A program made the position numbers and the translations under genes. A stretch of DNA of 64,000 nucleotides from Bacteroidaceae bacterium (GTDB lineage: Bacteria > Bacteroidota > Bacteroidia > Bacteroidales > Bacteroidaceae). The stretch covers positions 33,427 through 97,426 of the forward strand of contig JAGBFX010000025.1 of assembly GCA_017936265.1 (NCBI GenBank), in the 5' to 3' direction. Shown one piece after another: positions 19,257-29,604 of this stretch; positions within the stretch are counted from its first letter, which is position 1; every line of letters begins with the position of its first letter. Under the pieces are notes generated by a model that saw only the letters and a list, made by a program, of their open reading frames with translations, had not been told where the DNA came from and searched no databases.

Positions 19257-19283
19257 AATTATTATTCTTAACTGTATCTAATA

Positions 19284-19916
19284 TTATTTTTCCTGTAAGG
19301 TTTTGTCCTTAGCTCTCTGATACCATACGATACATGCAATAAGGATGAACGCAGCAGGTGTCATAAGCATAAGACCGTTATTGAGATAGCCACACTCATA
19401 AAGTCCGAGCTTCTCCACAATAGGATAGTTGAAAAGGGTACCTGAACCGAAAAGTTCACGGAAGAATGCCACGATAACAAGAATCATAGCATAACCGACT
19501 CCATTACCGATACCATCGAGGAACGAAGGCCAAGGCTTGTTCTGCATTGCAAAAGCCTCAAGACGTCCCATGAGGATACAGTTGGTAATGATAAGACCGA
19601 TATATACCGAAAGCTGAACGCTCACATCATAAGCAAAGGCCTTGAGAACCTCACTTACCAGTGTCACCAACGCTGCAACGACCACCAGCTGAACGATGAT
19701 ACGGATACGCATTGGGATAGTGTTACGGATGAGAGAGATGATGACGTTGGCCATTGCAATGATGATTGTCACAGAAAGACCCATTACAACTGCCGGCTCA
19801 AGTTTGCTTGTAACAGCCAAGGCTGAACAGATACCCAACACCTGAATGGTTACAGGGTTCTCCTTCAAGAGAGGAGTAACAAGAGACTCCTTATTCTTCT
19901 TTGAAAATAATGCCAT
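19284..19916 (-). CDS. nqrD: NQR subunit D
   Basis: 210 aa with 'NPVTIQVLGICSALAVT'. Confidence 0.93.
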   Translation of the reverse strand: MALFSKKNKESLVTPLLKENPVTIQVLGICSALAVTSKLEPAVVMGLSVTIIIAMANVIISLIRNTIPMRIRIIVQLVVVAALVTLVSEVLKAFAYDVSVQLSVYIGLIITNCILMGRLEAFAMQNKPWPSFLDGIGNGVGYAMILVIVAFFRELFGSGTLFNYPIVEKLGLYECGYLNNGLMLMTPAAFILIACIVWYQRAKDKTLQEK

Positions 19917-19933
19917 AATTATTCCTCCTCTTA

Positions 19934-20827
19934 TTAAAGTGCAGCGTCGGTAGCTGCGGGTTCAACATTTGCATCTGTCGCTACAGGCTCTGCGGGTACC
20001 AGCTCAACCATAGGGGTTGAAGCAATCTGGCTCATGAGATACTTGTAGTAAGGAGCGAGCTTGGTCTTGAGCATGCCATTGACACCATTACAGGTAATTG
20101 TTGCACCTGAAATTGCATCAACACCGGACTCCTCTGAAGCCTTGGCACCGCCCTTTGCCACTGTCAGGACAACCTGACCGTCCTCGCCATAGACCTTCTT
20201 GCCGGGGAAACGTGTCTGGAACTTATCGCCTGCAATCTCTGCACCAAGACCCGGAGTCTCGCTTGCATGAGAGAAATATACTCCGTATATCGAGTTACAG
20301 TCATCGTTGAGAGCAAGATAGCCCCATATACCGCCCCAGAGTCCGTTACCGGTCATCGGAAGGATATACTTCTTCGTACCATCAATATCGGCTACGTACA
20401 GGGGAAGATTCTCCTCGCTTACAGCATCGTTGGCAACCTCAAAACCACCTTCCTCGGCAACAACCTCGCCGTTCACGTTGATAATGGGGTCTGCAACGAT
20501 GAGAGCATCGTACTTTGCTGCCGCATCGGGCAGGTTCTTCTCGTTAAGAGATGCAAGAATCTGCTTTTTCTTGTCAAGTTCGACGTTAGCATCCTGCATT
20601 GGCTTGAGCGCTGATGATACGCCAGCCAAAAGGAACGCTACAATGACAACGACTACTGCCGAATAGAGGATGGCATATACATCGCTGTTTGTGTCAAGAC
20701 CTTTCTTGGCCTCCTTAACAGCCTCGAATTCCGAAGCAGCGGCCTTACACAGAGGGCACACTGCCGGTGCCTCTTTGCCTTCGTGTACGTATCCGCACAC
20801 TTTGCATACATATTTCTTTGCTGCCAT
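19934..20827 (-). CDS. nqrC: NQR subunit C with an N-terminal rubredoxin-like zinc-ribbon extension
   Basis: FMN-attachment motif 'ISGATITCNG' and a TM helix at aa ~50-75. The first ~38 aa, 'KYVCKVCGYVHEGKEAPAVCPLCKAAASEFEAV', carry two CxxC pairs. Confidence 0.9.
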   Translation of the reverse strand: MAAKKYVCKVCGYVHEGKEAPAVCPLCKAAASEFEAVKEAKKGLDTNSDVYAILYSAVVVVIVAFLLAGVSSALKPMQDANVELDKKKQILASLNEKNLPDAAAKYDALIVADPIINVNGEVVAEEGGFEVANDAVSEENLPLYVADIDGTKKYILPMTGNGLWGGIWGYLALNDDCNSIYGVYFSHASETPGLGAEIAGDKFQTRFPGKKVYGEDGQVVLTVAKGGAKASEESGVDAISGATITCNGVNGMLKTKLAPYYKYLMSQIASTPMVELVPAEPVATDANVEPAATDAAL

Positions 20828-20833
20828 ATCCTA

Positions 20834-22030
20834 TCAGTTCTTTTTTGTTAGACGTTTAGCGCGAGCACTGATATTTGTCTGCACAACGCAATAATCAATA
20901 AATGGTGCCACCACGTTCATCAGGAGGATAGCAAGCATCATACCTTCGGGGTAACCGGGGTTGAGCACACGGATGAGGATTGCCATCGCACCGATACCGA
21001 AACCGTAGATGTACTTGCCGACTTCGGTACGGGCTGAAGTGACAGGGTCTGTAGCCATGAACACCGCACCGAAACAGAAACCGCCAAGGATGAGATGCTG
21101 CCAGAACGGAACCTGAGCAACGACATTCTCGGGCAATGTATACTGGAACAGGAAGCACATTGCGATACCGCCCACGAAGACGCTGAACATTGTCTTCCAG
21201 CTTGCAACGCCTGTCCACAGGAGGATTACAGCACCGATTGCTATTGCAATGACACTTGTCTCGCCGATTGAACCAGGCATAAAGCCGAAGAGCATATCCA
21301 TTACAGAAAGCTGTGCGCCTGACGCACCGATAATCTCTACACCGTTAGCGACATGCTGGAGAGCAGTAGCACATGTATATCCGTCAACTGTAACGTCAGA
21401 ACCGAATCCGAGGATTGACTCAGTAGCCACCCACACGCCATCACCTGATATCACCGAAGGATATGCGAAGAAGATGAACGCACGCGCAATGAGAGCCACG
21501 TTAACGATATTCATACCTGTACCGCCGAATACCTCCTTGGCAAAGATTACAGCGAACGCTGTTGCAAGGGCAAGTATCCATAGAGGACAGCCGACTGGAA
21601 CAATCATCGGGATAAGGATACCCGACACAAGGAATCCCTCATGTATCTCCTCGTTCTTCCACTGAGCGACAGTGAACTCGATGCCGAGACCTACTACATA
21701 AGAGACAACAATCTTGGGCAGTGTCACAAGAAGACCGAAAACGAACATGTCGAACCAGCCTGTAGTGTCGGCAGTGCCCGCAGCCAGCGCATTCTGAAGA
21801 CCGATATTGTACATACCGACAAGAAGAGCTGGCAACAATGAGATAACCACGAGTGACATGATACGCTTGCTGTCAATCGCGTCGTGGATATTCACACCAC
21901 TCTTCGAGGTGTCATCGGGCACGAACAGGAATGTCTCGAAGCCATCGAACAAAGAACGGAAAGCATGGAGCTTGCCACCCTCCTCGAAGTTTGGTTTAAT
22001 CTTATTCAGATAATTTCTCAAAAATTTCAT
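20834..22030 (-). CDS. nqrB: NQR subunit B
   Basis: 398 aa, polytopic, with 'LHAFRSLFDGFETFLF' and 'FMATDPVT'. Confidence 0.95.
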   Translation of the reverse strand: MKFLRNYLNKIKPNFEEGGKLHAFRSLFDGFETFLFVPDDTSKSGVNIHDAIDSKRIMSLVVISLLPALLVGMYNIGLQNALAAGTADTTGWFDMFVFGLLVTLPKIVVSYVVGLGIEFTVAQWKNEEIHEGFLVSGILIPMIVPVGCPLWILALATAFAVIFAKEVFGGTGMNIVNVALIARAFIFFAYPSVISGDGVWVATESILGFGSDVTVDGYTCATALQHVANGVEIIGASGAQLSVMDMLFGFMPGSIGETSVIAIAIGAVILLWTGVASWKTMFSVFVGGIAMCFLFQYTLPENVVAQVPFWQHLILGGFCFGAVFMATDPVTSARTEVGKYIYGFGIGAMAILIRVLNPGYPEGMMLAILLMNVVAPFIDYCVVQTNISARAKRLTKKN

Positions 22031-22086
22031 ACGACTATTATTTATTTTTCATTAAACCGGACCCGCAATGCCGGGCCTTAGTATTA

Positions 22087-23436
22087 TCAGCACATCTCGG
22101 CGCGCAGCTTGTCCAAGCCCTCACGCACGATGCGTTGCAGTTCAAGTTTAGATGAATCGACAAACTCGCAGAGAGCGAAATCCTCGGGAGCCACCTCGTA
22201 GACACCGAGCTGCTCCATCTTGTCGATATTGCCAGTAATGATAGCCTTGATAAGATACTCGGGATAGATATCCATCGGGAATACCTTGTCATACTCGTTT
22301 GACATGATCATGTGACGCTCGCCACCCTTGATACGTGCATCGACAGTATACTTGCGGCTTGGCATGAGCCAGCTGAAGTAACTGCGGCTTGTACTGAGCA
22401 TTGAGAAACGTGGAGCAATCCAGCCGAGCATCTCGGCACCGCCCATAATCTCGGGGATGACTGTAATCTCGTTAGAGAATGCGCCGAGATAGCCGTCAGC
22501 AGTAGTCTTCTTGCCTGTAAGAACATTGCCGTCAATGATACGGAGCTCGTATTTCTCCTCGAGACGGCCGTTGATAAGGCCTGAAATCTGGGCACCGAGA
22601 ACCATCTTGCTGTAAGAAGGGTTCTTTACCTCGCTACCTACGAGAGCCACTGTACGTGTGAAGTCAATCTTGCCTCTGTTGAAGAGACGTCCGATGAAGA
22701 TTACCTCCTCAGCACCTATTGTCCACACAATCTCGCCCTTGTTCACAGGAGCTGTCTTGTTGATCTGGACACCCACATTACCTGCAGGATGAGGGCCTTT
22801 GAAGATTGTTGTCGTTACGTTCTTGGCTACATTCAGAGCTGCCGACTTCTGGCAGGCACACAAGCCAAGATGTACAGGAGCGATGCGTGACAACGCATCA
22901 AGACCTGTCTGGAAGTCCTCTTCGTTGCCCTTGAGAGCAATCTCGAAATCTACAGCCAAAGGCTTTGAGTCAAATGCCGAAACATAGATGGCACGTGGAG
23001 TGTCACCAGGAGCAGCAATGACATCATAGGGACGCTGACGGATAAATGCAAAAAGACCAGCCTTCAGGAGGTCAGCCTTGACTTCATCAGCAGAGAGCGA
23101 AAGGATATCCTTCGCCTTGTACTCCACAGACTCAAATTTGCCGTCAGACTCTACTACTACGCTAAGAACGCGTCTTCTCTCACCGCGGTTAACCGCTACA
23201 ACCGTTCCGCTAACTGGGGAAACGAATTGCAATTCAGGATTTTCCTTATCAAAGAACAAAGGGTCGCCTGCCTTTACCTTATCCTCGGGTTTTACGACAA
23301 CCTTTGGAGTAATGCGGGTAAAATCAGACGGCATCAAAGCATAAAACTTTGCCGGAGCAACTGAAGTAAACTCAGCAACCGGAGCACCTTTCAGATTGAT
23401 ATTCAATCCTTTAGAAATTTTTACGACTCTGTGCAT
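22087..23436 (-). CDS. nqrA: NQR subunit A
   Basis: 449 aa with 'KISKGLNINLKGAP' and 'HPAGNVGVQI'. Confidence 0.95.
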   Translation of the reverse strand: MHRVVKISKGLNINLKGAPVAEFTSVAPAKFYALMPSDFTRITPKVVVKPEDKVKAGDPLFFDKENPELQFVSPVSGTVVAVNRGERRRVLSVVVESDGKFESVEYKAKDILSLSADEVKADLLKAGLFAFIRQRPYDVIAAPGDTPRAIYVSAFDSKPLAVDFEIALKGNEEDFQTGLDALSRIAPVHLGLCACQKSAALNVAKNVTTTIFKGPHPAGNVGVQINKTAPVNKGEIVWTIGAEEVIFIGRLFNRGKIDFTRTVALVGSEVKNPSYSKMVLGAQISGLINGRLEEKYELRIIDGNVLTGKKTTADGYLGAFSNEITVIPEIMGGAEMLGWIAPRFSMLSTSRSYFSWLMPSRKYTVDARIKGGERHMIMSNEYDKVFPMDIYPEYLIKAIITGNIDKMEQLGVYEVAPEDFALCEFVDSSKLELQRIVREGLDKLRAEMC

Positions 23437-23469
23437 ATAAATTGGGTTACGTTAGTACATTATCCGTCA

Positions 23470-23477
23470 CAAATTTA
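23470..23477 (-). promoter_or_regulatory. Candidate -7 box (TAAATTTG on the minus strand) for nqrA
   Basis: The reverse complement of caaattta matches TAnnTTTG. It lies ~34 nt upstream of the nqrA ATG. Confidence 0.4.
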
Positions 23478-23528
23478 AAGAAAAATTTCTGCATTTCTAA
23501 ACAGTTATGCCCATTTTATTTTATAATT

Positions 23529-23632
23529 ATTTCACATTTAACCTTTCACGATCGGTTTTCTATTTGAAACCCTTTGGTTTTCACTTTTCAGCTTTCCGCT
23601 TTCACTTTTCAGTTTCAACCTTTCCGTTTTAC
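23529..23632 (+). repeat. 7-nt-phased G-poor heptad array (TTTCA type)
   Basis: 23577-23632 reads gttttca cttttca gctttcc gctttca cttttca gtttcaa cctttcc gttttac, 8 units in perfect register. 23529-23549 adds atttcac atttaac ctttcac. Confidence 0.85.
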
Positions 23633-23634
23633 GT

Positions 23635-23674
23635 AAAAAAAAAAATGAGAGGGTTACCTCACGGCACCCTCTCA
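23635..23674 (-). terminator. Intrinsic terminator after rplQ
   Basis: Stem tgagagggt / accctctca, followed on the minus strand by an 11-nt U-tract (an A-run at 23635-23645 on the plus strand). Confidence 0.85.
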
Positions 23675-23698
23675 CATCTATTAAGTAAGTAATTTTTA

Positions 23699-24178
23699 TT
23701 ATTCTGCAACTGCTGGTGTAGATTCTTCTGTTGCAACAGCGGCCTCGGCTACAGGAGCGTCTGCCTTCTTTGTAGAACGGCGACGGCGTGTCTTCTTAGC
23801 CTGTGTCTTGGCCATGTTCTCATTGTAGTCAACGAGCTCGATGAAACACATCTCGGCTGCGTCACCCAGACGTGTACCCAACTTGATGATACGTGTGTAA
23901 CCACCAGGGCGCTCAGCAACCTTTACAGAAATCTCCTTGAAGAGTTCTGTAACAGCCTCCTTGCTCTGGAGATAGCTGAATACCACGCGACGTGAATTGG
24001 TTGTATCCTCTTTTGACTTTGTAATGAGCGGCTCAACGAACTTCTTCAGTTCCTTTGCCTTTGCAAGGGTCGTAGTGATTCTTTTGTGCATGATCAAAGA
24101 AACTGCCATGTTTGAAAGCATAGCCTTTCTGTGAGATGCAGTACGGCCCAAATGATTGAAAGATTTCTTATGTCTCAT
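23699..24178 (-). CDS. rplQ: 50S ribosomal protein L17
   Basis: [21 protein letters not shown]... Confidence 0.97.
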   Translation of the reverse strand: MRHKKSFNHLGRTASHRKAMLSNMAVSLIMHKRITTTLAKAKELKKFVEPLITKSKEDTTNSRRVVFSYLQSKEAVTELFKEISVKVAERPGGYTRIIKLGTRLGDAAEMCFIELVDYNENMAKTQAKKTRRRRSTKKADAPVAEAAVATEESTPAVAE

Positions 24179-24180
24179 AA

Positions 24181-25173
24181 TTATTCTTTGTCTAATTTAT
24201 ATTTTGAAATATCTGTTCCAAACGAAAGATTCAGACTCTCGAGCAAATCATCAAGCTCAGTGAGCGATTTCTTACCGAAGTTGCGGAACTTAAGAAGGTC
24301 GGTCTTGTTGTACTGTACGAGCTGGCCAAGTGTCTCAACATCGGCAGCCTTCAAACAGTTGAGGGCACGTACCGAAAGGTTGAGGTCAACGAGCTTGCTC
24401 TTCAGCAACTGACGCATGTGCAGGATCTCCTCATCAAACTCTTCGTTGCCGTCGATGTCAGCTGACTCTATTGCAATCTTCTCATCAGAGAACAACATGA
24501 AGTGATAGATAAGGATTTTTGCAGCCTCCTTCAAAGCCTCCTTCGGGTGTATGGAACCATCTGTTGTAATCTCAATAACCAGACGGTCATAGTCAGTCTT
24601 CTGCTCTACGCGGAACGGCTCACGCTGGTAGTTGACATTACGAATAGGAGTGTATATCGAGTCGATTGGAATCATTGTAGGTTCTGTACAGAACTCACGG
24701 TTCTCATCAGCAGGGACATATCCACGTCCCTTGTTGATGCTGATTTCAATCTGCATTTTAGCCGATGAGTCGAGGTGGCAAATGACTAACTCGGGATTTA
24801 ACACTTCAAATCCAGTTAAATACTTACCAATCTCTCCTGCAGTGAACACCTCGGTATTCTCTACATTGATTGAGACTTTCTCGGTTTCGAATTCCTCTAC
24901 GATTCTTTTGAATCTTACCTTCTTAAGGTTCAGGATAATGTTGGTAACATCCTCCTTGACACCTGGGATTGTAGCAAACTCATGCTCAACACCTGCGATC
25001 TTGATGCAGTTGATTGCAAAGCCTTCCAAAGAAGACAGCAAGATACGACGGAGTGCGTTGCCCACGGTTGTTGCAAAACCTGGCTCCAAAGGACGGAACT
25101 CGAACTTACCATAGAAGTCGGTTGCCTCCAGCATCACCACCTTATCGGGTTTTTGAAATGTTAATATCGCCAT
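24181..25173 (-). CDS. rpoA: DNA-directed RNA polymerase subunit alpha
   Basis: ATG at 25173 gives [12 protein letters not shown]..., the conserved N-terminus. The track start at 25179 is a TTG two codons upstream. Confidence 0.96.
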   Translation of the reverse strand: MAILTFQKPDKVVMLEATDFYGKFEFRPLEPGFATTVGNALRRILLSSLEGFAINCIKIAGVEHEFATIPGVKEDVTNIILNLKKVRFKRIVEEFETEKVSINVENTEVFTAGEIGKYLTGFEVLNPELVICHLDSSAKMQIEISINKGRGYVPADENREFCTEPTMIPIDSIYTPIRNVNYQREPFRVEQKTDYDRLVIEITTDGSIHPKEALKEAAKILIYHFMLFSDEKIAIESADIDGNEEFDEEILHMRQLLKSKLVDLNLSVRALNCLKAADVETLGQLVQYNKTDLLKFRNFGKKSLTELDDLLESLNLSFGTDISKYKLDKE

Positions 25174-25182
25174 TATCAAATA

Positions 25183-25791
25183 TTAATTTTTGCTATACAA
25201 CTCAACGATTAACTGCTCCTTGATATTCTCAGGAATCTCTGAACGCTCAGGAACACTCAAGAACTTGCCTGACATCTCAGCCTCGTTCCACTCCAACCAA
25301 GGATACTTGCTGTGGTTGAGACCTGCCAATGAGTTCTGGATAACCTCGAGCGACTTTGAACGCTCGCGTACGCCTACAACCTGTCCTGGTTTGATGTGAC
25401 GTGAAGGGATGTTACATACCTTGCCGTCAACAACAATGTGGCAGTGACTTACCAACTGACGTGCAGCAGCACGAGTAGGAGCGATGCCGAGACGGTAAAC
25501 AACGTTATCCAAGCGTGACTCAAGGTTCTGCAAAAGAACCTCACCGGTAATACCAGGAGCTGAATCAGCCTTCTTGAAAGTGTTACGGAACTGTTTCTCC
25601 AATACACCGTATGTATATTTTGCTTTCTGCTTCTCAGCAAGCATGACACCATACTCTGATGTCTTGCGGCGACGGTTGTTACCGTGCTGGCCGGGAGCAT
25701 AGTTCTTCTTAGAAAGTACTTTGTCTGCGCCAAAGATAGGCTCGCCGAAACGACGTGCTATCTTACTTTTAGGTCCTGTATATCTAGCCAT
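25183..25791 (-). CDS. rpsD: 30S ribosomal protein S4
   Basis: [20 protein letters not shown]... Confidence 0.97.
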   Translation of the reverse strand: MARYTGPKSKIARRFGEPIFGADKVLSKKNYAPGQHGNNRRRKTSEYGVMLAEKQKAKYTYGVLEKQFRNTFKKADSAPGITGEVLLQNLESRLDNVVYRLGIAPTRAAARQLVSHCHIVVDGKVCNIPSRHIKPGQVVGVRERSKSLEVIQNSLAGLNHSKYPWLEWNEAEMSGKFLSVPERSEIPENIKEQLIVELYSKN

Positions 25792-25814
25792 TTCTGAATT
25801 CTTAAATAATAATA

Positions 25815-26204
25815 TTATACTCTTCTTCTCTTAGGAGGACGGCATCCATTGTGTGGCAGTGGTGTTACGTCTATAATCTCTGTTACCTCAATACCTGCAT
25901 TGTGTACTGTGCGGATAGCAGACTCACGACCATTACCCGGGCCCTTTACATATGCCTTTACCTTACGCAAGCCGAGATCAAAAGCGATCTTTGAGCAAGC
26001 CTCGGCTGCCATCTGGGCAGCATACGGTGTGTTCTTCTTAGAACCTCTGAAACCCATCTTACCTGCAGATGACCAAGAGATAACTTGACCCTCCTCATTA
26101 GCCAGACAAACAATGATATTGTTAAATGACGAATGAACATGAAGTTGTCCGTTGGCTCCGACCTTTACATTTCTTTTCTTTGTTGCAACTGTTTTCTTTG
26201 CCAT
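25815..26204 (-). CDS. rpsK: 30S ribosomal protein S11
   Basis: ...[11 protein letters not shown]...[11 protein letters not shown]... Confidence 0.97.
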   Translation of the reverse strand: MAKKTVATKKRNVKVGANGQLHVHSSFNNIIVCLANEEGQVISWSSAGKMGFRGSKKNTPYAAQMAAEACSKIAFDLGLRKVKAYVKGPGNGRESAIRTVHNAGIEVTEIIDVTPLPHNGCRPPKRRRV

Positions 26205-26216
26205 ATTACTTACCTA

Positions 26217-26597
26217 TTATTTTGTAGCTTTTTTCTTGTTAGCAACTGTCTTCTTACGTCCCTTGCGTGTACGAGCGTTGTTCTTTGTGCTCTGACCACG
26301 TACCGGCAAACCGTTACGATGACGAATGCCACGATAGCAACCGATATCCATCAGACGCTTGATATTAAGCTGAATCTCTGAACGGAGGTCACCCTCTACC
26401 TTGTACTCTGCACCAATAACCTCACGAACCTTTGCTGCCATATCATCGGTCCAATCCTGAACCTTGATGTCACGGTCAACACCTGCCTTGTCAAGGATCT
26501 TGGCTGCACTGCTGCGTCCGATACCATAGATGTATGTCAACGCAATCTCTCCTCTCTTATTCTGAGGAATATCTACACCAACTATTCTTATAGCCAT
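26217..26597 (-). CDS. rpsM: 30S ribosomal protein S13
   Basis: [27 protein letters not shown]... Confidence 0.97.
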   Translation of the reverse strand: MAIRIVGVDIPQNKRGEIALTYIYGIGRSSAAKILDKAGVDRDIKVQDWTDDMAAKVREVIGAEYKVEGDLRSEIQLNIKRLMDIGCYRGIRHRNGLPVRGQSTKNNARTRKGRKKTVANKKKATK

Positions 26598-26627
26598 ATA
26601 TGAATATATTTTTAATTACTACTTTAA

Positions 26628-26744
26628 TTACCCCTGACGCAGTTTGAACTTGGGATTCTTCTTGTTAATCAAATACAAACGACCGTTTCTGCGAACGATT
26701 TTGCAGTCTGGAGTGCGTTTCTTAATAGATGCTTTAACTTTCAT
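26628..26744 (-). CDS. rpmJ: 50S ribosomal protein L36
   Basis: Not in the ORF track. My own translation of the minus strand gives [38 protein letters not shown]. Confidence 0.93.
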   Translation of the reverse strand: MKVKASIKKRTPDCKIVRRNGRLYLINKKNPKFKLRQG

Positions 26745-26756
26745 AATATATTGTTT

Positions 26757-26975
26757 TTATTTATATCGGAATACGATTCTACCCTTAGTCAAATCATAAG
26801 GGGACATTTCAATTCTTACTTTGTCGCCCGGCAGTATCTTGATGTAGTGCATTCTCATCTTGCCCGAGATGTGTGCAATGACCTCGTGGCCATTCTGCAG
26901 CTCTACTCTGAACATCGCATTTGACAATGCCTCTACAATTGTACCGTCTTGCTCAATAGCACTTTGTTTAGCCAT
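26757..26975 (-). CDS. infA: Translation initiation factor IF-1
   Basis: 72 aa with '[31 protein letters not shown]'. Confidence 0.97.
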   Translation of the reverse strand: MAKQSAIEQDGTIVEALSNAMFRVELQNGHEVIAHISGKMRMHYIKILPGDKVRIEMSPYDLTKGRIVFRYK

Positions 26976-26976
26976 A

Positions 26977-27774
26977 TCAATAACCTTTCTTTCTTAATAC
27001 TTCTTCTACAAACTCGAACGATGATAATATATCGGCACCGTTTTTACCGACTGCAATGGTATGCTCGAAATGCGCAGCGTTCTTTCTGTCACGGGTTCTT
27101 ACCGTCCAGCCATCGCGTTCCATGAAAATCTGACGCTTACCGAGAGTAATCATCGGCTCAATGGCGATACACATTCCCTGACGCAGCTGTATACCGTTGC
27201 CCCTACGGCCGTAATTGGGAACCTCGGGAGCCTCATGCATGTCGCGTCCGATACCATGCCCAACAAATTCACGCACAACCCCGAAACCGTTCTGCTCGCA
27301 ATGTGTCTGTACCGCATTGCCTACATCGCCGAGGCGCTTGCCATGAACTGCCTGTTCAATACCTTTATAAAGTGACTCCTTGGTTACCTGAAGCAGTTTC
27401 TTTGTCTCTTCATCAACCTCACCGACACAGAATGTGTAGCAAGAGTCACCACAAAATCCTTCAAGGAGTGTTCCGCAGTCGACCGAAACTATATCTCCGT
27501 CCCTGAGCGGAACATCGTTGGGGATTCCGTGCACTACGACATCGTTCACCGATGCACAGATAGAACCCGGGAATGGAGTTCCCTCGTGGTTAGGATAGCC
27601 CTTGAACGTGGGGATTGCTCCATTGTCGCGTATGAACTCCTCGGCCACTCTGTCGAGCTGCTTTGTCGTTACACCCGGCTCTATTATCTTGGCTACTTCG
27701 GCAAGCGTCTTGCCCACAAGCAGGTTTGCCTGCCGAAGTAGTTCAATTTCCTCTAAAGTCTTAAGAAATATCAT
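26977..27774 (-). CDS. map: Type I methionine aminopeptidase
   Basis: 265 aa with metal ligands in 'DIVSVDCG', 'GHGIG' and 'IEPM'. Confidence 0.95.
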   Translation of the reverse strand: MIFLKTLEEIELLRQANLLVGKTLAEVAKIIEPGVTTKQLDRVAEEFIRDNGAIPTFKGYPNHEGTPFPGSICASVNDVVVHGIPNDVPLRDGDIVSVDCGTLLEGFCGDSCYTFCVGEVDEETKKLLQVTKESLYKGIEQAVHGKRLGDVGNAVQTHCEQNGFGVVREFVGHGIGRDMHEAPEVPNYGRRGNGIQLRQGMCIAIEPMITLGKRQIFMERDGWTVRTRDRKNAAHFEHTIAVGKNGADILSSFEFVEEVLRKKGY

Positions 27775-27790
27775 TTCTAAGCTCTACAAA

Positions 27791-29131
27791 TTATCCTACA
27801 CGACCCTTAATGCGACCAGAGCTCAACAAGCCATCGTAATGTCTCATCATGAGGTGGCTCTCAATCTGCTGCAGTGTGTCAAGGACAACACCTACAAGGA
27901 TAAGAAGCGATGTACCTCCGAAGAAACTTGCGAATCCCTGCTGTACACCGAAAAGACCGGCAAATACAGGAAGTATCGCTACGAGAGCCAGGAACAATGA
28001 ACCTGGGAGGGTAATGCGTGACATTATCGTATCAATATATTCAGCCGTGGGCTTACCCGGCTTGACGCCCGGAATGAATCCGTTATTGCGCTTCATATCC
28101 TCGGCCATCTGTACAGGATTGATAGTAATCGCTGTGTAGAAATATGTGAAGAGGATGATGAGAAGGGCAAACACCAGGTTGTAAAGCCAACCTGAAGGGT
28201 TAGACAACATCTGAACGAATGTTGACTGGTTATCCCCTGTATAACCCATAATCGCAATAGGTATGAACATGATAGCCTGAGCAAAAATGATAGGCATCAC
28301 GTTCGCAGCATTGACCTTCAAAGGCAAATACTGACGGGCACCGGATACTGTAGCACCGCCTGCAGACTGCTTGGCATACTGGACAGGAACTCTGCGTGTG
28401 CCGCGCAAGAGCGCAACAGCCGCACAGATAACCACTACCAACAATACAACCTCAACAAGGAGAGCGATTACACCACCACCGGCAGCACCTACAGTTCTTG
28501 CAGAATACTCCTGGATGAATGACTCGGGCAGACGGGCAATGATACCGATCATGATTATCAGAGAGATACCGTTTCCGAGACCCTTGTCTGTGATGCGCTC
28601 ACCCAACCAGAGGATGAACATACTGCCTGCTGCAAGTACTATTGTCGAAGAAATCATAAACAGAGTATAATCAACAATAATTGCACCTGGAGCCTGGTAG
28701 TTAAGGTTAATCAAGTATGATGGAGCCTGCATAAGGAGAATCAGAATTGTCAAGTAACGTGTATACTGGTTCATCTTACGACGGCCGCTCTCTCCCTCGC
28801 GCTGCATCTTCTGGAAATAAGGTACAGCCAAAGAAAGGAGCTGAATAACAATCGAAGCCGAAATGTATGGCATAACACCCAGGGCAAAAATTGATGCATT
28901 CGAGAATGCGCCACCCGAGAACATGTCGAGCAGTGACATCAAGCCTTCACTTGTAGTATCCTGAAAGGATTTGAGTGCCGATGTATCGATACCTGGTAGA
29001 ACCACAAATGAACCGAAACGGTAAATTGCCACAAAAAGCAATGTAATACCGATACGGACTCTAAGGTCCTCAACTTTCCAGATGTTTTTAATTGTCTGGA
29101 TGAATTTGTGGTTTGATTTATTGTTTGCCAT
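27791..29131 (-). CDS. secY: Preprotein translocase subunit SecY
   Basis: 446 aa, 10-TM pattern, with 'ALGVMPYISASIVIQLL'. Confidence 0.96.
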   Translation of the reverse strand: MANNKSNHKFIQTIKNIWKVEDLRVRIGITLLFVAIYRFGSFVVLPGIDTSALKSFQDTTSEGLMSLLDMFSGGAFSNASIFALGVMPYISASIVIQLLSLAVPYFQKMQREGESGRRKMNQYTRYLTILILLMQAPSYLINLNYQAPGAIIVDYTLFMISSTIVLAAGSMFILWLGERITDKGLGNGISLIIMIGIIARLPESFIQEYSARTVGAAGGGVIALLVEVVLLVVVICAAVALLRGTRRVPVQYAKQSAGGATVSGARQYLPLKVNAANVMPIIFAQAIMFIPIAIMGYTGDNQSTFVQMLSNPSGWLYNLVFALLIILFTYFYTAITINPVQMAEDMKRNNGFIPGVKPGKPTAEYIDTIMSRITLPGSLFLALVAILPVFAGLFGVQQGFASFFGGTSLLILVGVVLDTLQQIESHLMMRHYDGLLSSGRIKGRVG

Positions 29132-29134
29132 TTT

Positions 29135-29581
29135 TTAAAGCTTTACTACAGTTCCACCAACAGCCTCAATAGCCTCTACAGCCTTCTGTGAGAAAGCATG
29201 AGCCTCTACAGTCAACTTTGCAGTCAGAGTACCGTTAGCAAGAATCTTTACCAAATGCTTGGGAGAAACGAAACCGGCAGCTACAAGCTCCTGAATGTTG
29301 ATTGTTTCCAAAGACTTGCTCTCTGCAAGAGCCTGAAGAGTAGCGAGGTTGACAGCCTTATACTCTACACGATTGATATTTTTGAAGCCATACTTAGGCA
29401 CACGACGTTGCAAAGGCATCTGACCGCCCTCGAAACCGATCTTCTTGCTGTAGCCGGAACGAGACTTCGCACCCTTGTGACCACGTGTAGAGGTACCGCC
29501 TCTACCTGATCCTGTACCGCGACCAATTCTCTTGCGTGCCTTAACAGCGCCCTCGGCAGGCTTAAGATTATTTAATTTCAT
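29135..29581 (-). CDS. rplO: 50S ribosomal protein L15
   Basis: ATG at 29581 gives MKLNNLKPAEG.... The track start at 29587 is a TTG. Confidence 0.95.
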   Translation of the reverse strand: MKLNNLKPAEGAVKARKRIGRGTGSGRGGTSTRGHKGAKSRSGYSKKIGFEGGQMPLQRRVPKYGFKNINRVEYKAVNLATLQALAESKSLETINIQELVAAGFVSPKHLVKILANGTLTAKLTVEAHAFSQKAVEAIEAVGGTVVKL

Positions 29582-29604
29582 AGCCAAATTCTTTTTTTAA
29601 TTAA

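Noticed and set aside
20834-22030. NqrB FMN-attachment motif reads TCAT instead of the SGAT I remember from Vibrio
   Set aside because: The phosphoester-bearing Thr is retained. I cannot verify the exact alignment without a tool, and this is likely normal clade variation.
23507-23692. 61-aa ORF on the plus strand (MPILFYNYFTFNLSRSVFYLKPFGFHFSAFRFHFS...)
   Set aside because: Its periodic F/S/H-rich sequence is just the translation of the 7-nt heptad array. It also runs through the rplQ terminator. It is not a plausible gene.
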